This document shows positions 37,501-50,899 of a stretch of 64,000 nucleotides of DNA, piece after piece (the stretch's first letter is position 1; each line of letters begins with the position of its first letter). The notes below the pieces were generated by a model. It worked only from the letters and a program-made list of their open reading frames with translations, had not been told where the DNA came from and searched no databases. Where the stretch lies: contig NC_043010.1 in the NCBI RefSeq assembly GCF_006345805.1, positions 14,880,001 through 14,944,000 on the forward strand. The letters run 5' to 3'. Origin of the DNA: Octopus sinensis (lineage: Eukaryota). The position numbers and the translations under genes were made by a program.

Positions 37501-38097
37501 TTACACATATACACTCACAGACACATATGTTTATATATACGGGTGCATATACATGTGTATGTGTATGTGCGTCTGCGTGAGTATGTGTGTGACTGTGTGT
37601 GTACGTGTTCGTATTGTAAATCTTAAAGATGTAACATTCATGACCGTCGACTTTGGATTTACAAGTGCAACAGTCTTCCTGCCGGCTCCCGGAACATTTC
37701 CTTTCCGAAAAAGATCAATTCCAGTACACAAAAAAAAAAAACAAATGAAAAGTTTATATGGAAACATAAATAATCACCAAATTTACCTGATACAGATTTC
37801 CAAAGAACAACTTGAACATTAATGATAGAGCCGATATTACGTATACAACGTAATGCTAAAAAGCAATACATAGCATCTATTGATCTGAAATAATGCAGAC
37901 TCATTTATAGCTGAAAGAAAATGGCCGACACTAAACTCCGAAATATGACAGCAATTAACAGCAGTAAAGTAAGAACCAATCCTGTCATACCTACCTCGTA
38001 TGAAATGCCAGCAATCTACACCAGCAACCGCTTTAATCAGAAAATGCCATATGTATGTGTATATGTATACGAATATGCATATGCATATGCATATGTA

Positions 38098-38135
<38 letters not shown>

Positions 38136-38345
38136 TTTTTAAAGCAGCAGAAAATTCAACAAAATCTGTTACTCTGAGTTTCTCGTTGCCGCTCATCAGA
38201 CAGTTTTTGTTAGAATGGAACCGATATATCAATTCAATCCAGACTCTTACAAACGCTACACCTTTAAAAAATGGACTTGTTTGATTGGCCCTTTAGAAAT
38301 AACGGTCAATCTTCGAGCGATAAACAAAAAATGAGCTCAAAAATA

Positions 38346-38394
<49 letters not shown>

Positions 38395-39407
38395 AAATTA
38401 TAAAAATCATAAAAATTATAGAATTCGAGGAAAAAACCTTACATTGAATAAAATACATTTGACGTTAATGAAGGAAATATATTAATGCATGGAAATTAAA
38501 ACGCATTATAATTATTACACTGCAATACATATTCATATTAAAGTGTACATAAATATATTAACATACACAGAAGGATGCGTGCAAACGCTATACATATACA
38601 GACGTATAAATATAAATATAAAATATACACACAAATGCATGCGTACATATGTGTACGCAATCTATCTCTCACGCAAGTTAAAATCATCGATGCTAATGTA
38701 GCGTTTCTTATTTACGGAGCAAAGCTAAAGTGAGGGGGACGTAAAGTTGTATGCACCAGTATCAGTTAGAGAAAAAACGAAAGAAAGGAAGAGAGAGAAA
38801 AAGGAGCGAAGAAGGGGGAAGGAAAAAAGAAAAAGGAGGGGTGGGGGAAAAAACGAAATAAGAAAAATTATGTATTCAAGCTGTGTAATCACGTTATTGA
38901 CATATATAGAGACAAGTATACAAACACAAGTTCAAATGGATACATACACATACAGTCGTGTATGTGTGTGCTTAAGCACAAACATACGCTCACTTACACA
39001 TACACAGAGACGCATGCTTACAAATACATATCCATGGCTATACACATATTTACATCAAAATTCTAATTTTTGACAACATTGCTTTTTTAAAAAAATGGTG
39101 AGTGCAATAATGAAAAATATACGAAAGACATAAAATATAACACCCTATTTTGGATCATCTATAAATTAAAAATCAAAGTAATCCTATACAATACAATAAC
39201 ATGAAATAAAGCCGAAGGTTTTCCCTAATGTATATGTAGAAATATAAACAAAATAAACAAAATATATGCATGAGACTTTGCTATACGGAATGAAATCTGC
39301 ATAGCGCGAAACAAATCCATCGTCGCGTTTACATACTAGTCCAAGAGTCAAAATCAAAATTTCAAAAGTCAAAAATACAAAATATATACTCTATCCATAT
39401 GGTATAT

Positions 39408-40007
39408 TTATATTTGACATTTTAAATTTGGTTCGTGTCTACACAAGTTCATCAGCTCACTTCTTTGATTCAAAGAATTATTGTCTTTAAATAAAATATA
39501 CAGTCTCTCTAATAGGCAAAGATTGCATTTAAAATTATTTCTGTGTGCTCCATGCCTGTATGGTGCCGCTCTGTCCAGAATGCTCCATGTGACGTTGAGT
39601 CTTTGACAATGATACAAAAATGTTTTGAGGTGTCTTCTATGATGAGTCAAAAAGCTATTTTACATAAAAACATTCAGAGCAAGTAATAATTTTTTTTAGA
39701 ATGGTAAGAAGATGAAAATTAGTTTACCCGATCAAGTAATAGAGTCTTTGGCAATATGTAACAGACCATTCTAAGTGTCTTGCACCTGGCTGGAGTTTGA
39801 CAGTTATATGTATATATATAAAATATATATATATGTATAATTGTGTGTGTCTGTTGTTCTGTCTGTCTCTTTCTCTGTCTATCTATCTATTTGTTTACCT
39901 TTCTGACTGCCTGTCTGTGTATCTACCTATATGCATATATGTGTACATACACATGTATGTAAATATATATATATATATAATATAATATATATATATGTAT
40001 ATATAAA

Positions 40008-40038
<31 letters not shown>

Positions 40039-40047
40039 ATATATGTA

Positions 40048-40078
<31 letters not shown>

Positions 40079-40700
40079 GGAAAAACCTGAAAATGCAGGA
40101 GTCTTTTTAAAGTATTTATTAACTTAACCGGTTTCACTTATTTAAAAAGATTTTCAAAAGTAAGGTGTGAGGTTTTGTGTATCCTCTGTGATATCAAAAA
40201 TTAGTTAGCAAAAATGTATTCAAATCAAATGATAGAGTCTTTGACAATGATACAAAAATGTTTGAGGTGTCTTCTATGATGAGTCAAAAGCTATTTTACA
40301 TAAAAACATTCAGAGCAAGTAATAATTTTTTTTATAATGGTAAGAAGATGAAAATTAGTTTACTTGAATATAACCCGATCAAGTAATAGAGTCTTTGGCA
40401 ATATGTAACAGACCATTCTAAGTGTCTTGCACCTGGCTGGAGTTTGACAGATATTAATCAACTTGCGATTGTTCTGAATAAAATCTTCCTATTATCCAAA
40501 AAATAATAAATGTTAATGATGTATCTCTTAAATGCCATTGTCATCTTGAATTCGTTTTCAGGTGTATAAAATAGTGTGGGTGGCTGATGGTCACCTGTCA
40601 CAATGTAGTAGACGATTGATAAGGTTTTGAGGGTGACTATGTGTCTCGCATCTGGCAGGAGTCTGGCAGTTATAAACTGAGTTGCAATTTTTCCATATAA
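39408..40700 (-). pseudogene. Penelope-like element GIY-YIG endonuclease remnant, rearranged
   Basis: The ORF at 39408-39650 has WSILDRAAPY..CNLCLLERLYIL..LNQRSELMNLCRH, the C-terminal signature recalled for invertebrate PLE endonucleases. CQTPARC-type Cys motifs lie upstream. There is an internal ~210-bp duplication (39597-39803 / 40235-40450). Confidence 0.7.
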
Positions 40701-41038
40701 ATTTTTATTATCTAAAAATAAATGTTAATATTAACATTTATAAAGACTTCCTTTTTATCTAAATATATCTATATATGCCCCTACTCCACCCCACCCATTT
40801 GAGGTAAGACATTATTATTGTTCACTGATAGTTTTTCCTATCTTGTCTGTAATAAATTTGTGACTATTCAGTGGTACAGAAGTATTTTTCGACTTCTATC
40901 ATTAGCGATATAGGTACTCATGTAGTACCCTTATGTATATATGTACATATCTAATATTGTATATATGTATTTTATTAATTTGCCTGTACGGCTAATAATT
41001 TTCTTACCACTTGTGATGGTATTTTAATAATACCATCC

Positions 41039-41127
<89 letters not shown>

Positions 41128-41335
41128 AATACATATATACATACATATATATATTTGTATGTGCGTAATTCTTTAGCAAGAATAGTAATGATAGGGACTC
41201 CGAAGTCTTGTTCAGCTTTACACAAACAGAATTTTACCCAGCGTTTCGTGGGTACCAAATCTGTGGAACCGCTTTTATGTTAATCTTTAATGATTTAAAT
41301 TAGAAAGAAATTATTTTGCTAGTTAAATATCTAAT

Positions 41336-43190
41336 ATCACCACCCTCACCACCTCCACCCCACCCCCACCCCCACCACCAAAACCACCAAAAACAGCACC
41401 ACCACCACCACCACCACCACCACCAAAACCACCACCACCACCACCACCACCACCACCACCACCACCACCAAAACCACCACCATCACCACCAACACCACCA
41501 CCACCACCATAATTAACACCAGCAGCAGTACCACTACCACCATCACTACTACCACCATTGGCACCACCACTACCATCATGACGACCACCACTGTTCCCAC
41601 CACTACTGCTACCGCCACAAGTTTCCTTACCACACCATCACCCCTACTCCAACCACCATCACTCCTACTCCCACTACCATCACCTCTATCCCTACCCCTA
41701 TCATCGCCCCTAACCCCACTACCATCATCCCTGTGCCTCACCATCACCCTGATCCATACCCCCAGCAGCATCACCCCTATCCCTACCCTCACAGTCGCCC
41801 CTACACCCACCCACATAACACATGCCCCCACTCCACACCACCCTACCTCCACTCCACACCACCTTACCCCCACTCCACACCACCTTCCCCCACACTACCT
41901 TTACCACCACCACCACCACCACCATAATCATCATCTTCATCACCACCATCATCATCATCATCATTACCACCACCACCACCTTAATCACCACCGCCACTAC
42001 CACCAACACCACCAATACTTTTAGCAATCCAACTGCCACCTCGAGTACTGCAGTAACTTCCCTACTACTTCCACCACCACCATCCCCACCACAACTAATA
42101 CTACCAACACCCACACCTACCAATTCCCTACTACTACCACAACCACCATGAAATCCTTCACGACGAGATCTACTACTTCCACTATTAACACCACCACCAC
42201 AACCACCACCACGACCATCTCTTGTCACGCTACTACCAAAACGACCTCCTCAACCATCACCACAACCACCACAACCACCACGACCATCTCTTATCACACT
42301 AATACCAAAACGACCTCCTCAACCATCACCCCAACCACTACCACCATCACTACCACCACCACCACCACAACCACCACCACCACCACAACAACCACAACCA
42401 CCACAACCACCACCACCACCACTACAACCACCACCACAACCACCACAACCACCACCACGACCATCTCTTGTCACGCTACTACCAAAACGACCTCCTCAAC
42501 CATCACCACAACCACCACAACCACCACCACCACTACAACCACCACCACCACCACAACCACCACAACCACCACCACGACCATCTCTTATCACACTAATACC
42601 AAAACGACCTCCTCAACCATCACCACAACCACCACAACCACCACAACCGTCACTATCATACTATTACCAAAACCACCATCGCAACCATCACCCCAACCAC
42701 TACCACCATCACTACCACCACCACCACCACAACCACCACAACCACCACAACCACCACAACCACCACCACCACTACAACCACCACCACCACCACCACAACC
42801 ACCACAACCACCACCACGACCATCTCTTGTCACGCTACTACCAAAACGACCTCCTCAACCATCACCACAACCACCACAACCACCACAACCGTCACTGTCA
42901 TACTATTACCAAAACCACCATCCCAACCATCACCCCAACCACTACCACCATCACTACCACCACCACCACTACAACCACCACCACCACCACCACAACCACC
43001 ACAACCACCACAACCGTCACTGTCATACTATTACCAAAACCACCATCGCAACCATCACCCCAACCACTACCACCATCACTACCACCACCATCACAACCAT
43101 CACGACAGTCTCCCAACTACCTCCCAAACTACTACCACTATCACGCCCCCACCATCATCAGTATCATCATCGCCTGAAGCAAATCCACTG
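41336..43190. repeat. Long (ACC/CAC)-rich low-complexity region with higher-order repeats
   Basis: C-rich plus strand. Blocks such as ACCATCTCTTGTCACGCTACTACCAAAACGACCTCC recur three or more times. Confidence 0.9.
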
Positions 43191-43429
43191 ACGAAGTACA
43201 ATATCATGAATAAGCTCAATAAGCATGGCTAATTAAAGGAGAGATTACTGTAATAAATTTAATTAATTAACGATATAATATTGACAAGATTGACACAACA
43301 CTTTATGAATGTTTAATAATTAACCCAAAACAGCTGGCGGACGTGAGGGAGTAAAAGGGGGATAGTTCCTATCAGTTCTCATTAACTCCGGGGGGAAAGA
43401 GTTCATATATCACAGCTTCCGATACGGGG

Positions 43430-44964
43430 TGAGGGTTGGTGGCGATTTATTGGTGTTTTGTCATGACGTTCTTGTTGTTGTTGGTGGTGGTGGTGGGGGT
43501 GGGGGTGGTTGTGGTGCCGGTAGCTTTGGTAATGGTGGTGGCTGTGGTAGTGGTAGTGGCGAAGTCGGTAATGGCGGTGGAGGTGGTGGTGGCGATGGTG
43601 GTGGTGGTGGAGGTGGTGGTGATGATGGTGGTAGTGGTGTTGGCGACGGTTGTGGTGTTGGTGGTGGCGATGGTGGTGGCGGCGGTGATGATGGTGCAGG
43701 GGTGGTTATGGTGTTGGTGGTGGTGGCGATGGTGGCGGTGGTGGTGATGATGGTGGTGGTGGTGTTGGCGATGGTTGCGGAGTTGGTGGTGATGGTGGTG
43801 GTAGTGGTGGTGGTGATGATGGTGGTAGTGGTGTTAGCGATGGTTGCGGTGATGGTGGTGGCGATGGTGGTGGCGGCGGTGATGATGGTGCAGGGGTGGT
43901 TATGGTGTTGGTGGTGGTGGCGATGGTGGCGGTGGCGATGGTGGCGGTGGTGGTGATAATGATGGTGGTGGTGTTGGTAATGGCGGTGGAGGTGGTGGCG
44001 ATGGTGTTAGTGGCTGTGGTGGTGATGATGGTGATAGTGGTGTTGGCGATGCTTGCGGAGTTGGTGGTGATGGTGGTGGTGGTGGTGGTATTGGTGTTGG
44101 TGATGGTTGACGTGTTGGTGGTGATGGTGGTGGTGGCGGAGGTGATAGTGATGATAATAGTGGTGGCGATGGTTGTGGTGATGGTGGTGGGGATGTTTGT
44201 GGTAGTGGTGGTGTTGATGTTTGTGGTGGTGGTGGTGGAGCTGCTCTGGGAATGCTGTAAAACTGGTGAGGGCGGTGAGCTGGCAGAATCGTTAGCATGC
44301 CGGGCGAAATGCTTAGCAGTTTTTCGTCTACGGCTACGTTCCGAGTTCAAATTTCGCCGAGGTTGACTTTGCCTTTCATCCTTTCGAGGTCGATAAATCA
44401 AGTACCAGTTGAGTACTGGAATCGATGTGATCGACTATCCCCCTTCCACACAAAATCCAGGCTTTGTGCCTATGGTAGAAAAGATGCTGTAAAGCTGGTG
44501 ATGGAGATGATAGTGATGATGGTGTTGGCAATTCTAGTGGTTGTGACGATGACGTAGCTGTGTTCGTGGTGATGATGGTGTTGGTGATGGTGTTGGTGCT
44601 GGTCGTGGTTGTGATACTGTTGTAAAGTGGGTTCCTTCCTCTGATGTGATGTTTGACCACCGTTGTACTGTAGTTGCTGCTTTACGCTAGTACCCACAAT
44701 AGTTACTAGTCATGATGCCGCTGTATCTCTTGGTACCGGAATAGTAATGCACTAAATTCTTCTGTCTCACTATCACTGATTGCTCCACAAAACAACCGAC
44801 TAGAACTGTCGACTCTCAACTCTTCTACTCTCAACCTTCTCTTGACGACCAGCTATTGGTTTATTTATAATGACTGAGTCCTACCACTTTTTACCGGGAT
44901 GGGGTATACAGTTTCACTATACAACAGATAGTAGCAGCTGCATCGTTATCATCATCATCATCAT

Positions 44965-44995
<31 letters not shown>

Positions 44996-45300
44996 AGCAG
45001 CAGCAGTAGTAGTAGTAGTGGCAATGATGGTGGCGTGTATGTGATTGTAGAGGTGGAGGTAAAAGTGTCGGTGGTAGTGAAAGTGACGGTGATGGTGAAA
45101 ATGACTGTGGTGTTTATGGGGCTGGTGACATTTGCGGTTGTGGTGATTGTTGCGGTGGTAGTTCTGCTGGTAGTGATAATAGTACATGAAGTGACAGTGA
45201 TAGTGTTGGTTGTAATAGTCATGGTTGTGACTGTGGTAATGGCGATGGTGGCGGTATCGGTGGTGATGGTGACTGTGGTGGTTGTGATGGTCGTCAGAAT
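43430..45300. repeat. Long (GGT/GTG)-rich low-complexity region, interrupted
   Basis: G-rich plus strand, opposite polarity to 41336-43190. Interrupted by a SINE and short unique segments. Confidence 0.85.
44271..44483 (+). mobile_element. SINE family B' with TSD
   Basis: TSD ATGCTGTAAA(A/G)CTGGTGA at 44252-44269 / 44484-44501. Confidence 0.85.
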
Positions 45301-47481
45301 GTGGGAAAAACTTGTCACAAAAATTCCGATTCCTTGTCCGACAGTTTTCTCAAAAGAACAAAATGAGAAAACGCCACACACATTTGCCTATCGGAAAGCG
45401 GATAGACTTTCAGTCTGCGTCTAAAAGTATCGGTGAACTGGATAATATGAATTTAATAGAGGAGTTTGTGAGAGAGGGTTGGAGAACTGTATGTATAATA
45501 AACGAAGGAGAGGTGACCGAAGTTATTAAATAACAATGTTAAATAATACTCAACTGTCTCAGGAAATCTAATAACTGCAATTCCGTCTCGATTTAAATAA
45601 CCCTGGTAAGGAGAATTTCTCAGGAGTGTCTTCTGCATGGAGAAAATGTAGTTAAGTGCAAAATAACATACTGAATTTAATATGCCAGAAGTAATTTTAA
45701 TCAAATGAAATCATACACTTATAAATGAAAATTCTTTAATGTTAAAAGCAATTCTTGTCACGAGGTGAAGAAAGTATCTAAAATTTGTTTAAAATCAAAT
45801 GGAAATAATCGTGGCTGGTAAGTATATTCATTTGTAGATGAGATGACAATTTAGGAAGGAAAAGTTAGAATTGCTAAAGTTTTCCCATCAGTGACTTTCT
45901 AGTTAGTTGCGGCAAAGGATAAGTTCAATTTCTTATATCCATAACTTTGATATATAATTCGTTTATCGGTTCATCTCTTAATTTCTACAAATCCTCGATT
46001 AAATAACATTGAATTTTATGATAGATCCAAAGCCTTGAATTTAAAAGACACCTACACTTGATTAAATCGAGCCAATGCTTAAACTGCACTTCATTGTGTC
46101 AACCTCGGAAGAATGAATAGCTAATTCAACTTCAACAGGATTTGAACTCAGAATGTAAAGGCAAGTAGGTAGGTCTATCATGAGCCTTAGGACTCACAAA
46201 CTTGGAACTTGTTCCAGTTTCCATCGCGTTTAAGTGACTGAGATTGCAACACTTACCACCCAACGGAACGCCGCTCCATCGGAGGGTTAAATTTTTCCAG
46301 TTTTTACTGGATGTCATTTACAGCTGAGCGAACTGGAGTGAATTAATATGAAGTATTTTGCTCAAGAACACAATATACCTCATGGTCTAGGGATCGAAAC
46401 CATGATCTCGCGATCACAGGTTCTGTAGTCGAAAGTATTGGCTTCGCGCCTCCACTTTAAGAGCCATAAAGACGCGTATCTAAATTCATCGAGGTATTTT
46501 TCGTGCTCTGCCGATTCTTCTATTCTCCCACCTTTCTATGACATTACCCAGAAGAATAGATCATACGATTTTCTAGAAAACTAATAATATTCCCCCCAAA
46601 AATAACACTATTCACTATGGATCCCTGTTTGAAGATAAAAGATTTCTGGAGAGAAAGGAGAAGCTCCCTTAAGAAAGAAAATTCATTTCTCTATATCTCA
46701 ACATATTTTATGCTGATATCTGGATCTCGAGTTATAGATAAGGAGTAAGTTATGACATAATGGCTGACAATAATAGAGAGAGTATCGTGACGTAATGGCG
46801 TAAAGACATCAAGCTAAGGGAACTATTAAAGATAATTAAGAGAATCCAATGAATCAAAATCGCAAAGCGGGGGTTAAGAGGAGAAGGAACGATAAAACAA
46901 TCATCTTTCAAGATCGTTACGTCGATAACATCGAACACAAAAGAAAATGTGCCGATAAGAAAATAAGGAATGATTGAATGAACGTGGAATGTGTTGGTAA
47001 CGGTGTTGGCGGGTGGTGGAATTGTGAGGTGAAAGAAAGAAAGAAAAAAGAGAAAGAAAGAACGTCGAAATGACAGGCGGAAAATAGGGCCTATCTACAA
47101 GTAGTTGCTGCCAGAGAAACCCATTATTTATCTGTTTAATATCAAAAACCTGTTACCATAAGTTGATTAAAAGTTGATTTTATCCGGCATGACTAAATAA
47201 AAGGATAAACGTGACTATATAAAGACGAAGCATGATTAAAAACAGATAGAGAGAGAATATGGCGGAAACACATTAAATATAAATGGAAAAGGTGCCCAAT
47301 TGGCCTATTTCTTTTGAATGAAGATCAACTATCAACCAAGTATAAAGGAGATAAGTTAATGAAAAATTGGATTTGTCAACTAAAAGACTATTACGAAGAA
47401 GGGAAATGATTACGATGATGGATGTAAGGAAATGAAATATTATTATAGTATTACAATATAAATATAGTATAATATAATATA

Positions 47482-47529
<48 letters not shown>

Positions 47530-47684
47530 TATATGTTTGTATGTGTGTGTGTATAAATATTTGGTATAAATCATCTAAATATATTGCAAAAACGGAAACA
47601 CAATCCTAAATTAAAAAAAGACAAAGACGTTTATGTCTTCTGAGCTATCATAAAGGAATAAATAGAGACCAAAATAAGGCCAGT

Positions 47685-48003
47685 GCAGGCACAATGACCC
47701 AGTGGCTAGGGCAACGGACTCGCAGTCGGAGGATCGCGGTTTCGATTCCCAGACCGAGCGTTGTGTGTGTTTATTGAACAAAAACACCTAAAAAAGCTCC
47801 ACGAGGCTCCGGCAGGGGGTGGTGGCGAACCCTGCTGCACTCTTTCGCTACAACTTTCTCTCACTCTTTCATCCTGTTTCTTGAGTAACGCTGCAATGGA
47901 CTAGCGTCCCATCCAGCTGGTGCGGGGAACACATGCGCCACAGAAACTGGGAAACCGGGCCCATGAGCCTCGCTAGGCTTGAAAAGGGCGACGTTCTTTT
48001 TTT
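47685..48003 (+). mobile_element. tRNA-derived SINE family D (V-SINE-like)
   Basis: tRNA head with A and B boxes. The central GC(A)ATGGACTAGCGTCCCATCCAG resembles the recalled V-SINE domain. Homologs at 49279-49402 and 51295-51597. Confidence 0.7.
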
Positions 48004-48115
48004 TCAATAAGCCAAAACTTGGTAAAGAATAGGGCAGTAAAGATTTCATATATAAAAACGCGCGCGCACACATACATATACATTCACATATATATATATA
48101 CACATGTATATATAA

Positions 48116-48329
48116 GGCGGCGAGCTGGCAGAAACGTTAGCACACCGGGCGAAATGCGTTGCCGTATTTCGTCTGCCGTTACGTTCCGAGTTCAAATTCC
48201 GCCGAGGTCGACTTTGCCTTTCATCCTTTCGGGGTCGATAAATTAAGTACCAGTTACGCACTGGGGTAGATGTAATCGACTTAATCTCTTTGTCTATCCT
48301 TGCTTGTCTCGTCTGTGTTTAGCCCCTTG
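48116..48329 (+). mobile_element. SINE family B, 3'-truncated, followed by (GAAAGAT(AT)n) repeats
   Basis: Consensus match from the head to TTAGCCCCTT. Confidence 0.85.
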
Positions 48330-48387
48330 AAAGATATATATATATAGAAAGATATATATAGAAAGATATATATATATATATAGAAAG

Positions 48388-48426
<39 letters not shown>

Positions 48427-48647
48427 GAAAGATATATGTAGAAAGATATATATATATACACAGTCACATGCACGGTTATGCACATATACGTACGAGGTGC
48501 ATTCCAGAAGTTTTCAGATTATTTTAGGAGAGGCAGTTTTAACAGTCTTCGATTATTGTAAGTTTACTACAACGTTATTATACATGCAATAAGCTGACCT
48601 GCCGGCTTTTTTGCTGTTCCAGACTGAAGGACACTGCGGTAATAGCG

Positions 48648-49103
48648 CTCACTATGAACACATTGAAACTCCGACGTCTGGCAGCTGACTTGGCAGACAC
48701 CCATCAAATTATCAACCATCGTACAAACAATAACTCTGAGCACTTTTTCAAACTCCACCCATCTAACACCCGTGGACATATTTACAAAGTAAGAAAACAG
48801 CACAGCTCCCATGACTTCAGGAAACATTTTTTCACGCTGAGAGTTGCTGAAGCATGGAACAAATTGCCGGCATCGGTTGTTAGTTGTCGGAGCACTGCAG
48901 CCTTCAAAACTTCCATGCTTCCTGAGAGTCGCCAACACTACACCTGATTTTCTCCCCTCCATACACACACAAGCATGTATCTGACTCATACACTGTTCGC
49001 TTTCCAGACATTTCTACATTACTGCATGTACTTTATATGCACTTTCTGACAAGTTGTGATGCACCTGAGTACTGTATACAATAATTTCATTATTATTATT
49101 ATT
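48648..49103 (+). mobile_element. CR1-clade LINE 3' end (5'-truncated)
   Basis: The ORF at 48654-48947 has LRRLAADL..TRGHIYKVRK..RKHFFTLRVAEAWNKLPASVV, the typical CR1 ORF2 C-terminus. The 3' UTR ends in (ATT)n. Confidence 0.85.
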
Positions 49104-49278
49104 TTAAATACTACTTGCCACAGCTGAAGAGTTTGCAGGAGGCAGTTGTGAAGTATGGAAACGCCCAATGCAATAAAGTTTTGCATGAAACTGGGTGCGT
49201 GGGGTACGCTATGCTCCAGATTAAATGCACTGACATAACACATGACAATAGAAGCAGTAGTAACAATCAACAACAACC

Positions 49279-49402
49279 GGAGGCGCAGTGGCCCAATGGA
49301 TAGGGCAGCGGACTCGCGGTCGGAAGATCGCGATTTCGATTTCCAGACCGGGCGTTGTGTGTTTATTGAGCGAAAACACCTAAAGCTCCACGAGGCTCCG
49401 GC
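49279..49402 (+). mobile_element. SINE family D, 5' half
   Basis: Matches 47685-47812 and ends at a (CATA)n tract. Confidence 0.75.
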
Positions 49403-49528
49403 TATATATACGCATACATGCATGCATGCATGCATACATACATACATACATACATACATACATACATACATACATACATACATACATACATACATACATA
49501 CATACATACACATACATACATACATACA

Positions 49529-49688
49529 GTTAATCCAAACAAAAAAACACAACAACGCGAGGACGTGGAACAAATATGGTATTATTGGACGCTCAGGAAA
49601 GAAGGAGGGGTTAACGTTTCGAGCAGAGCTCTTCGTCGGAAACATAAGAGAAGGGAAGACGGAGGAAAAAATCGCCAACGGTACACAC
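49529..49688 (-). mobile_element. Family H2 element
   Basis: Hammerhead-like motif at 49609-49643 (CCGACGA-A-GAGC tct GCTC-GAAACGTT). The 3' end abuts (CATA)n. Confidence 0.75.
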
Positions 49689-50075
49689 CAATATATATGC
49701 AAAACTTTTGTTTATATATTTTTTCTTTTATTGTAGTATGCATTCGCATCTTAGTTTGTTATATATCCTAACATATATTTTGCTGTGTTGCTGAACACCT
49801 TTGTGGTGTGCTACAGATTTTTATTATTGAATCTTACTGCATATCTTTTTACGTTACAGTTTTTATTTTATTTTATGTAGTAAGTTTTCTATATTTTAGT
49901 ATCCTTATTTTCGAGGGGGAATTTATTTGCAAAATCGGCGAAAAGAAATGAGAGTAAAAGAAATTAATATACATAAAACTAGTTTTGAAACGACATAGAA
50001 TTTGACCATTAGTCGGAAACATTCTCGAATCAAGAAGCTGCTGTTTAGTAACTATGCAGTAGTGCGCTTTCATGC

Positions 50076-50135
<60 letters not shown>

Positions 50136-50199
50136 CTCACACATACACACACAGACTCACACACACACATGTATGCATACATATGTATATATATGTATT

Positions 50200-50232
<33 letters not shown>

Positions 50233-50899
50233 ATTTATATATATTCATGTATATATAATATAGCTGTACTATCTCTCTTTTACTGCTGGGTGAGGTTTTA
50301 TTATTAAAATATGGAAATAGTGACCTTCCTGGCGCTTACAGACTGATGCCTCGCATCACCCACAATTGCCTTCAATTGCACTTTCAGCAGCATAAGAGAA
50401 TATCCTCAGGTTTTCGAGACGCAGAGATTTTTATTTTACTCTGCTCGATAACTATCTGGGGCACGGATGTTTCTGTCTTTGTCTCACAGGTCTGCTTGGT
50501 AGACTTGTTTGTAAGATAATTCATCTAGGTCCTGTTTACTTCAGTTAATTTGAGATAGCTTCTGGAAAAGAAACAATACCGGAAACTATTTTTTTCTCAG
50601 AACAACCCAAAATGTGTTTGTACGCGATTGTGTGTGCCGTTGAATGTCGTTGTGTGTTTGAATGTGAGTGTGACAGAGAAAGAGAGCGTATATGTGTTTT
50701 TGTATGTGCGTGTGTACTTGTATGCGCATGTGTGTGAATGCACGGGCGAGTATATGTGAATGTCTGTGTGCATGTTTGCGTGTGTCACTTCCGTTATTCG
50801 TAACATACATTGAATCGTTGAAATTGTCCAAAACAATGCTATAACAAATAAAGCAATAACAATTAACTGAATAATCATATCAACAAAATTACTCAATAG

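Noticed and set aside
39250-39320. Hairpin downstream of the Penelope-like ORF as a SECIS element or hammerhead
   Set aside because: A GCTAT/ATAGC stem exists, but neither the SECIS AUGA/GA quartet nor the CUGANGA core is present in a usable arrangement.
45312-45533. 73-aa non-repetitive ORF
   Set aside because: It is short, with no recognised homology and no clear splice or promoter context.
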